DNA of 64,000 nucleotides from Schmidtea polychroa. Taxonomy: Eukaryota. Below are positions 1-10,400 of this stretch, one piece after another. The stretch covers positions 33,542,001-33,606,000 of the forward strand of contig CM097888.1 in assembly GCA_044892525.1 (NCBI GenBank), read 5' to 3'. The notes under the pieces are model-generated. The model worked only from the letters and a program-made list of their open reading frames with translations. It made no database searches and was not told where the DNA came from. The translations under genes and the position numbers were made by a program. How positions within the stretch are numbered: position 1 is the first letter of the stretch; the number at the start of each line of letters is the position of its first letter.

Positions 1-757
1 CTAGTCTCTTTTTGATTTGAGTTGAAAATAAATCTAATAATTTTAATAAATTGATAAATTATTTTAATAAATGGCTTTAGTAAATTATTTTACCTCCATT
101 CTATTACCTTAAAGGGGTTGTGTCCATTATATAACATGGGGTCTTGAGGGGGAAAGTTATCGTATTTTTATAAGGTTGTTTTATAAATCGGTATGTACAT
201 ACACACATCCACTTATATATACACATACATATACACCCACACATATATACCTATATTGATACCTATATAATTTAAATTAATAATATTGATGTCGTTGTCT
301 ATTTACAAGTTCCTTTACCAAGAAATTTTAAGAATCCCGGCTGAGCCCCCAAATTTGTATGGTGGGTTACTGGTGGTTGAATGTTTGAGTACTGTTACCA
401 GCGTAACCCAGAATACAACGTTATTTTTCCGCTTGGTACCCGTTGAGTGATCAACGTTGGTACTGTACCAAGGGTTGAGTACTCGCAAAAAGTGAGCGCA
501 TCAAAGCACTATAATTGTCGAGCACTCCATGGGTTCACGGACTACCGATAGAAGGTGTGTGTCCGATTTCTCAGGTCCCTTTATCAAAATTGTTTTCCCA
601 ACCTTATGCACAAACTCTCATTTTCCAGGCAATCATAAACTATACTAGTCATTATTTTATCACTACAAAATGTGCATTATTTTAATAAGGAACATATTAT
701 TTGAAGACTACAACAATACACAAATATACTACAAAACACCTAAAACCGAATATAAGT

Positions 758-1216
758 TCAAACAGGCTTATTGGTAGGACTGGCCAATTTCGTCGTGGCT
801 GCTGGTGACGAATTTGCTTGCCGCTCGTATTCGGCCAGCCTAGCTTTCTTCAATTTCTCCCGAATATTTCGGCCAAGCCGTTTCCTTTTGGGCTTATTTT
901 CAGCGGCTGGGGGATATATAGTTGCGAGGTCCACAGCCAGTGGCCGTATTTGTCTGGCTATGGCCCCTTGTACCAACTGCTCGTTTTTCTCAGTTTCGAG
1001 CGCCCGCACCTGTAGCTTCAGGGCGCGGATCTCCATTTGGTCTTGGGCGGCCTGCGTTTGCAGTTGGATGATCTGGGCGGTTTTCTTTTTCATTGCTTCG
1101 GGACTAAACCAGGTCCCTTCGAACTCTCGACATTTTCCCTTCAACTTGTCCACCCGGACCCGGAGTTCGTCGGCTTGGTGCTGGGCCTGCTCCCGATCCT
1201 TCCGGAGATTTTCCAT
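758..1216 (-). CDS. Orphan intronless coiled-coil/basic protein (about 152 aa from ATG 1216), GC-rich, probably mobile-element or virus derived
   Basis: Open frame 1228-758; first ATG at 1216 (MENLRKDREQAQ...); heptad-like coiled coil then basic KPKRKR segment; clearly higher GC than flanking DNA; TATAAG at about 1335 and a TTTAG acceptor-like site immediately upstream on the minus strand. Confidence 0.55.
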   Translation of the reverse strand: MENLRKDREQAQHQADELRVRVDKLKGKCREFEGTWFSPEAMKKKTAQIIQLQTQAAQDQMEIRALKLQVRALETEKNEQLVQGAIARQIRPLAVDLATIYPPAAENKPKRKRLGRNIREKLKKARLAEYERQANSSPAATTKLASPTNKPV

Positions 1217-1505
1217 TAGCTTGTACACTAAAGAGGAAATTCATTAGTTCCCATTACACCCAACAATAAAGTTAGAACGATAAATATTAAAATCAATGAA
1301 TTAATGTTAACATTTCCTACTAGGGCATCCTTATACCACCCCACCTATCAAATGATTTACAAAACACATAAGAATACTTTATTCGAGAATAAACACCCGA
1401 CGTCTATTAATACAAAATTAAAAGATAAAATAAAACACAGCAGATTCCTAATAATTAGTTCATATAAAACAAATTGTCAATGTCGAGCGAATTGTCCTCT
1501 CACAA

Positions 1506-1871
1506 TTACGCGGGGTGCTTGCGGGGCCTTCCCCTCTTTCTCGGGGGTGCCTCGACCTCTTCCAATTCTTCCAGAGGCACTCCCTCCTTTTCCGCCTTGA
1601 TTTGCATCTCGATCTTCTTGAGTCGCATCTGAGCGGCTTCCACCTCCCAGGCTGCTTGATCTCGGGCCTCCTGTAACCGGTTATTCCCCGGCTCCACCTT
1701 CACCCATGCCGGGGCATCTACTTCGGGGCCCGTCCGGATCACTCTATCTGCGCAGTCCAGGTCCCTTCCCTGACCCCACCGACGTATATGGTGCCAGATA
1801 TACCGGGTCCAGAGACGGGTGATCATCTGATGGTCAGTACCCTCGTCACTGCTAGAGCTCGATTGCGACAT
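1506..1871 (-). CDS. Orphan intronless 121-aa protein with C-terminal AT-hook (PRKRGRPRK)
   Basis: ATG at 1871 (MSQSSSSSDEG...), stop 1506; TATTTATAAG about 50 nt upstream and AATAAA downstream on the minus strand; GC-rich; canonical RGRP AT-hook core. Confidence 0.6.
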   Translation of the reverse strand: MSQSSSSSDEGTDHQMITRLWTRYIWHHIRRWGQGRDLDCADRVIRTGPEVDAPAWVKVEPGNNRLQEARDQAAWEVEAAQMRLKKIEMQIKAEKEGVPLEELEEVEAPPRKRGRPRKHPA

Positions 1872-2166
1872 GTCTATAATATGAATATTAAGGCCCGCTC
1901 GTAGCCAACGTGGCTTATAAATAGATGTCACAACAAACATACAGAAAGTTCTTGTTCAAAATCAATAGTACTTAACTACTAAATTTATTATACTACTAAA
2001 TTTATTATACTACTAAATTTATTGTAATTAATATAAATCCTTCTCACATGACCAAATTTTATTTAATCTATTGATATACTTTTTAATTAAATAAAAATTC
2101 ATTAGAGTTAAGTGTTAACATCAGAAAATCCATACCCGATCCGAAAATCTCAAGAATATTGCTTCC

Positions 2167-2330
2167 ATGGCCCCACTGTGACCACTTCCACAAACCTTAG
2201 TGTTATGTGTTGAGTCAACCATTTACGGTCGACCTTACATAAATACAAAGAGTCAGACGGAGGTTTTCCTCGACCTAACTCCATGGCAGGACCATGAAGT
2301 AGTTCGACCTCCGAAGGACCCGAACACAAA
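2167..2330. repeat. Diverged GC-rich module, copy A
   Basis: tggccccactgtgaccac...cttagtgttatgtgttgagtcaac and gacctccgaaggaccc align colinearly with 3347-3540. Confidence 0.6.
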
Positions 2331-3346
2331 AAGAGCCATATAATAAGTGATTAGTATAATATAAATAATGTATGTGTGCATGTGAAATCGAATTCAAAAA
2401 TTAAATGCAGGACTGAACAACGACGCAGGAATACCGGTACGCCGTTGAACATTCGTACATCAAAAAAAAACTTTAATTAAACAAATTCAAAATATAAAAC
2501 ATTTTAATAGCTTAACATAGTTGAGACAACAATACATAATAATAAAATAAAATAATAATAGATAAAATGAATCAATCGTACTCACTGTTGATATTTTGTT
2601 GACACAAAAATTTTGGCATAAAATAATGGTTAATTCTGACTGAAACGCGTCAGTATATATACCTATTTTGTACACGTGTATGTATTGATGCATTAAAACA
2701 AACTCATATTCTTTTTATTCCAGAATTTTCTATTTTACGATTTTGCTATTTTTAATGGCAATTTTTGTGCCATAATTTTTGTTTTTATTTTTATATTTTT
2801 ATTTTTTAATTATTTTTCATTAATTTTACGTCCATGATGGATTTGGAACGGTTCCAGAACATTCTATTTTACTTTTAATTTAATTTTTATTTTAACTGAT
2901 GTTTTTATGAATTCTTTTTGAGATTTTTTATTTTTAATACTAATTTATTTATTTTCCTTAACTTTTGTTGTTCTAGATGACTTTTGTGATGGTCATCGCC
3001 ATTTTTATAGAATGTTCTGGGTTTTTCTGGAATGTTTTACTGTTTTTATCGTCTTTTAAGTTATTCGAGTCTGTTTTTTGTAACTCTGTGTTTATTTGGT
3101 TATTTTTGAGTTAGATTTTTGCATCACTTCTTGCTTTTGTATAATTTTATTTAATTTCTTTGTTTATGTTTTTGTTGCTTTCTCCTTTAGTTAATATTGT
3201 TTATTTGGTGTAGGATTTAATATTTAACTATACTTGGTGCTTTTTTACTTGCTGTGTACCTACGCGTTTCCGTCACAATTAGTATTTTGGGTCTAGAAAT
3301 CAGTTCTAGCCCAACATGGTCAATTAATTAAACTTTACCTATTTTC

Positions 3347-3540
3347 GTGGCCGCACTGGACTCACTACGATAGGCCCTAGTGTTGTGTTGGTCAACGCTA
3401 CAGCAAAAATGCTGCACTGTCGACAAAATTATTAAATTCACATCGAACTCAGAGAGCCCCGCCGCTCCAGAGGACATTTATCGACAAACCCCGTGGCTTA
3501 TAACACTGAGTCAGTATGACCTCCGACGACCCCAATTCAC
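3347..3540. repeat. Diverged GC-rich module, copy B
   Basis: tggccgcactggactcac...cctagtgttgtgttggtcaac and gacctccgacgacccc; also carries CGTGGCTTATAA, identical to the motif at about 1909-1920. Confidence 0.6.
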
Positions 3541-4453
3541 TCTTCCATATATTTCAGGTCATGGACCTGCAGCGTCGAGGGTTGTGGACCCAACGACGAA
3601 AAAAGGTGCATAGGTGTAGGATTGGCTGAGATCTCGCTTCAAAATTAATGATAACCGACGACCTCACTCAAACCCACACCTTTGTAGCTAAATGAAAAAT
3701 GAAAACGAGGTTTAAATAATAATAATAGTAAAAGTATTGGATATCGTTGAGTCAATTGACAGAACTGATTTTTCTAAGAAACATCTAATTTTCTTGGTAA
3801 TTATTGTATTATTTAACAAATATTTTAAATCTCCCGACTTTGTAATTTAATTAAGAATCACAATTGCACGCTGAGTTGTCAAGTAAAATTAAGACCTGAA
3901 CAAATAATATCAACAAATAATAATGTCTAAATTTATGTTTAAATTTTATTTAACTTTGTGTAGATTTTTGTCCAAAATTAATTTTAGAAAAGCTTTTTAA
4001 GTAAAATTATTAGAAATAAAACCTTATTTTGGTAATAAACAAAATATTTAGTTTTTGAAAAGATTATTACAAACTTATTTAAATAAATATTTTACTTTTC
4101 AAATAAAAATTCCTTCATTTTTACTAAAAAAAAATTGTCTAGAATTGTTCTTAAAAATAATACAATTTAAGTTCAAATTATTATTAAAAATAATATTTTA
4201 TTATAAAAACATAACTTACAAAATAAAATTAAAAAATTATATCCTTACATAATAATATCGATATTACGCCTTGGAACAATCATCACTAATTTCTGTCTAG
4301 AAGTTTGGAAATTTCTATCATCAGTCATTGTTTCTATCAAATTCAATCTATTTAATAAATTTTAATTCTAACTTGTTTAAATAGATTAGTTTAATTAATT
4401 ACTTAATTGAAAAATTATCTTATTTGATAAATAGAAGGAAATAATTAATTATT

Positions 4454-7400
4454 ATGGCATTTAAGTACGCTTTTGCTATTGTCAGTAGTTTACCAAATTC
4501 TTTTACCCAATTTATTAAAAATCCATCTTTTAATATTCAAAAAGCCCGTGAAGAGCATTTGAATTTTGTTGAAATTTTACGTGAAATTGGAGTCGATGTG
4601 TTAGAACTTGAACCAGAAGAAAGACATCCAGAATGTGTGAAAGTTGATGATACAGCAGTAATATTGAATGGTACTGCTTTAATGTGTAGTCCATATGGAG
4701 CCCATAGGCAAGGCGAAGTGAGATTAGATTTTAAATGATATTAATAAGCATTTCAAATTAAGGTTAATTTAATAAGACAAACGTTAAAGAAAGAGTTGGG
4801 ATTAAAAATAGTTGAAATCAATATGGAAAATGCTAATTTAGCTGGAAGTGATGTTTTATTTACAGGTAATCATTACATGATACGTTAATTTAATAATTAT
4901 TAATTAATCATATTTTAATTTATTTAATTTAATCAAATTTTGTATTAAATTTCATAATGAAATTTTTTTGATTAGCATTTAAATTAGCATTAGGTATTTA
5001 ATATTTTATACTATTTTGTTGGTTTGGATTGTTGGATATTTTCTAAATGCATTTTAAATTATTTGTGAATTTATTTATTCATTTAATTTAATTAGAAGAT
5101 TAAGAATTAAGTTTGAAAATTTAGGAATTAAATACAAATGAAATTCGTTTTAAATTCAAAGTTAGCTTAGTGAAATAGATTAATATTATATAGAAAGTAT
5201 CAAAATGTTCTTTCATATTTGAATCGTGGAATATCTAAATGCCAGAATAAATGACGTCTAATTTGGCAGTTATAGTGCAAATGGAGTCAAGATTCTGTTA
5301 TCTTTTGACAGATTGTGGGGTTTTTTTGTGCAATAAAATATTTACAAACTGATATAGCTATTTACGATACAATTTTCATAATATGTGCAGTTAGATAACA
5401 AAATATATTTATTTACAATCGTTATTTGAATTACGTTTTCACGTTTTCTTAATTTGTTTTAATTGGAAAAGAAGTTGTTTAAACACTCAAATTGTATTTT
5501 ACAATAATTTTTACAATAGTTTATTGATAGATTGGCGAATACTTCATTTCCATAATAAATTTTTAATAAACTCATAAAGCAATCAATTTGTTCCGGTTTT
5601 AATTTGAATTATCTAATTTATAATCGTGAATGTGTGTCTGTATGTATGTATGTTCGATATACAAATCCAAATTTCAATCAACTTTTATACAGGCCGAGAT
5701 TATAGGCTACTTATCACCCAAAAATATTGACCCCGTGGGGTACCTTATTTACTGATCCTGTTTTCTGGTTACTACGCAAAGTACCAGTAAACAGCATATT
5801 CAGAAAATTATCAGGAACCAAAAGTGTCCCTTGGGGTGGATTTGAATAACAAAATGTTCATGCTTTTTTGACAGCATCCTACCCAAAACAGATAGGTTAC
5901 ACCCCTATAAAACTGGGTTTGGGGGATCAAAATAGGCACAGTGGTTGAAGCAAAAGTTGTTTATCGTGGTGAGTTTGCATACCAAAATTTTAATTTCAGG
6001 GAGGTAGGATTGCATGGGGCCGGGGGAGCATCGAGGGAGCCAAGTGACCTAGCTATCGGTCATTAATGATTGAGGTTCAAATGGTTATATTAGTTTTTGT
6101 ACCAAAAATTTGTATAACTTTGGACTTAAATGACTGCCCAAGACAAAGCTGGTTTAGATTTTTAGTGGTTTCTCTTTCGTACAGGCCCAGATTACTGACT
6201 ACACAATTAGACTCAAAAATCACCAAGATCAACAACAGGCCTTGGAGACAAATATGTTTGAAATACAACTTGGGCTTTAATAATTTCTCCATATCTGCCA
6301 ATTTCTGTATCTATTAGTACTTTGTAACTGCTATTAATAGCTACCACACAGAAGAACTTGAATCACTTCGTAAGACAAAAGTTATAAGTTCCTTCAAAAC
6401 TACAAGAAATCCAGATAAAAAATAAGGTTGGAAAACTGAAACTGATTGAAATTTTTGTAGTGTTATTCTTTGTTTAACTCTTCAGCTTCTTATTTATTTC
6501 GTTGTTATATTCATTGGTGTAATTTTATTGAAAGAAAACAGTTTTACAACACAACTTTTATTGCCCCAGACAACGCCGGGTCCTCCAGCTAGCTCTATAG
6601 ATTTTAAAAGTAATAATATGAATCCAATTCAACATTTTTGGTCAGCATATGACCCGGGATTAAATATAAAATCGTACTCATAATTTTACAGTGTGCCATT
6701 TTTATTTGTAAAAAAATAAAACTATTTAATTATTAAATATAAATAACTTATCATGCAATATCATCATAGTACAAGGTGTCCATTATTGCTGAGTGCAATT
6801 AAGCTACCTGTAGCTATGTAACCATATGTGATAGAAAGAATCTGTAAAAAGCATAAAGAAAGATGAAATACTTAAAAATTTTATTGTTCTTGTTAATTTT
6901 TAAAGTATCCATTACTAATAGAAGGGGAATACGATTTTGCACTTTTCAAAAAACGTTTCCCTTTTAATTTTCAGAAATCGCAACAGTCACAATAGTTATC
7001 CTATCTTGCAAACAAATAGTAAATATATGTTTTAGGGATAAAAAACATATCAAGCTTTCTCCTCATTTTTACAGATTCTTTCTATCATATATACTTTCCA
7101 AGTTAGAAATATTTTTAATTATAGGCGGATTTAATATATGTATAATATAGTGCAGCACAAATGTTGATGATTTTATACTTACCATTAACTACAATTTATG
7201 TAAAGTGATAACTAATTTCCTCAAAAAATATCAATCGTTTTTACTTTTGATAGTCATCATATTTTCGAGTATATCAGTGTTTTTTCTATTGAACATAAAA
7301 ATAGAAAAAATATTGATCTTTAGTCAAAAATATAAGGTAAAAATGAAATTTCAAATGAAAGAAAATAAAAAAACGTGAATAAAAAGATAAATGCTTTCAA

Positions 7401-10400
7401 TGATAATTGTAATTGTTTTTCTTACAAAATATTCATAAATTTTATTTATTTGAACAATTTCTATTTCATCTGACATTCTTTTACTTAATCGAAACATTCG
7501 ATTTCTAATTATTTTGCAACTTTAAATCTTAAGTAAATTCTTTGAACTAACCAAAATTATTTCATTAAATTGGAAAAATAAAAACCAGTTAGTACAATAA
7601 AATATTTTTTAGTAACCTATATAAGGAGATTTTACATTATTTATTTATAATATAAATATTATGTCCACATTTTTTTTGGAGAATTCCCATTGATAATAGA
7701 TTTTTTTGTCAAGAAAATCTTTTAAAAGGTTTTTATTGTACTTTTAATAACCAAAATACAATTTCATTTAAAAATCATTTCTCTCAAAATCTGAATTGTT
7801 TCTCGTTCAAAAAGATATAATTTAAGGATAAATATTATTACTTGGTTATAGAAATCAGTTTAAAAGCTATAGCAATAAATAAATATTTGTAATGAAAATC
7901 AATCTTATTCCGGAAATTATTTTTAATTCCCTAAAGGCAAAGAGATAATCGTTGGATTGTCTGCACATACCAATGAAAATGGTGCTCAAGCTGTGGCTCG
8001 CGCTTTCCCGGAATATCCAACGACAACCGTACATGTATTGCAACCATTCCGTAATCTGAAAGAAGCTATAACAATGGCGGGAGTCAATGTGTTTGCTATT
8101 GGTCAGAGCGAATCTGCTCGTAAAATGCTGATAGTTTGTGATTTTTCTTTACTATCTTTATTAATTATATAATCATAAATATTTTTTCATTGAAATCACA
8201 AAATGAAAATAAAATTTCGCTTACCCTTGAAGAACAATTTAATAAACTAGATTCAAAATATTTATTTTTATATAACAATTAGATAACAGCTAAAATAGAA
8301 GAACTGTGTTTAAATTGCAATTTTTATTAGAATTTAACTCTCATCAATACTTTTGTCTATTCCAATTTAATGTCATTTCAAACATCAAATAAAGTTAAAT
8401 CTCGTTACTATGCCACCTGTCAGGATCGAGCAAGAGTGGCAAAGTAACGAGAGTTTGTAAAAATAGTTTATTTTCTCAAGTTACTTAATTGTCGGTTGGC
8501 ACATTTTCTTTGGCGAATCACGTACATCTCGTTATCTAACTGATCATACCTGGCTTCCCACTTTTCTAGTGCATGAACTTCCCTACAGTACTCCAATAGC
8601 GATGAGCTTCCTTGAATGAAACGACTTCCTCCTCAATAGTTATATCATCATCCTTGCTTCCAATTGGCTCTTCTCCGCATAGTATCTCTTCCGCAATCTC
8701 ATCCAGCGTTAAAGTCCCACTAGTCGCGAGCCGCTCATCAGCTTTGAGAAAGTCAGGCAGCTCAATCTCCTCGTTCTCGTGCATCTTTTCCTCTCGGATA
8801 TTGAATAGCTCCGCATCCTGTGCCTCACTTTTGAACTGACATTATGAGTTGAATTTGAAAAAAAATTTGAGTTGACCTACATAGTTTTTAGGGAAAAAAT
8901 CCTCAGCGTGGGGGTATGTGAGTTAGCGGGCTGATGTGAGTGTTGTAAACTTGTCGCTATACATCATGTGATTGGCTTGTTGTAAATGTTATCTGCGAGA
9001 AGCATCACGTGTTTGACCTTGACACAGTCATAAATTGCGTGTACGTATTAAGTGTTGTTGTGTGCAGTTAAACGTGAGTGATAATCAACCATTTTGCAAA
9101 AACATAGGCTTTTAATAACTCGTACCTTTTGACAGTTACACGATATAGGCATAGAAGCGAGAGTAGAGAGTGGTATAGTATAGTAATTTATATTTAATTT
9201 TGTTGGAACCTAGTAAAAGTGGTGTATAATAGCGAGAGTGGCATAGTAACCAGATTTGACTGTAGTAAATTTCTGTCAGATTATCAGATTAATGAAAATA
9301 TTGAAATTGAAATCATACGAGGATGAATGATGAAGTTAGTTCTCCTGGTAATTTTTATGGAATCAACACCCAATGAATGTGAAAAAAATCTAAATCTCAA
9401 GGCTTATGAAGAACAATTGGATACAATACAGGATTTATATATTCAAAAATTCCTTTTATAAACAAATGTGTTTTTTCCACTGATGCTCTTGAAATGTGTG
9501 AAAATGAATTAAACAGTTGAAAAGAGTGAAAAATTGTTTCTTTTTTCATTAATTTTGTTGTTTATAACAAGTTCATTCTAGAATTGATAAATATGATTTG
9601 GTATTATTAATCACAAATTCATTACTCATAATGGTTGTTAATCAATATTTTCATATTTTTTGATCTTCCGATGACATTTAAATTTATTAAAACCGCACCT
9701 AATAATTCATAATTAGTAATGAAAGCTTGCTATACAAAAATAGATTGTATTGTAAATTTAAGGAATTTTTTAAATTTCGGATGTAGGACTAAGCGATAAC
9801 TTTGGTTGGAGATATTATATTTATTATTATTATTAATATATTTTTCTATTATTAATTTTATTATTTCATTATTAATATTATTATTATATTTTTTTATTAA
9901 TTTATTAATAATTATTTTATTAATAGATTTTTTCATTATTAATTTTAAATATTATTATTTTATTTTTTTAATTATTTATATTAATTTATATTATTTTGTA
10001 ATGTTATTTTTATTATTATCATTTTACATGAAATTATAATTTGTAGCGTGTTGCTATTTTGTTAACTTTATGCTAAAAATATTTTTTAAAAAACTATATA
10101 GTTTAATTATCCCTATAGAAAATTAAAAAATCGATTGCCAAATTAACAACTGAAAATAACAGAAACGAATTTAATAAATTAAACAGTAGATTTAATCTGG
10201 GAAATTAAATAGAAAATTCAAATAACGAATCTAATAAATTAAACAGTAGATTACTGAAGAAAATTTTAGAAATTGAACGGAAGATTTAAGAAACGAAATT
10301 AATAAATTAAACAGTAGATTACAGGAGCAAATTTTAGAAATTAAATAGAAGATTCAAGAAACGAATTTAGTAAACTAAACAATAGATTACAGAAGCAAAT

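Noticed and set aside
771-1247. 158-aa plus-strand ORF
   Set aside because: Antisense shadow of the GC-rich minus-strand ORF; no start context or protein-like features
2248-2315. Partial HDV-like ribozyme topology (gagtcag/ctaactc, cggag/ctccg, ttcctcg loop)
   Set aside because: No P1.1 GG, over-long J4/2, and the pairings are not conserved in the sister module at 3347-3540
9730-10039. Asn/Ile/Leu-rich ORFs on both strands
   Set aside because: Extreme AT low-complexity sequence; composition reflects base bias only
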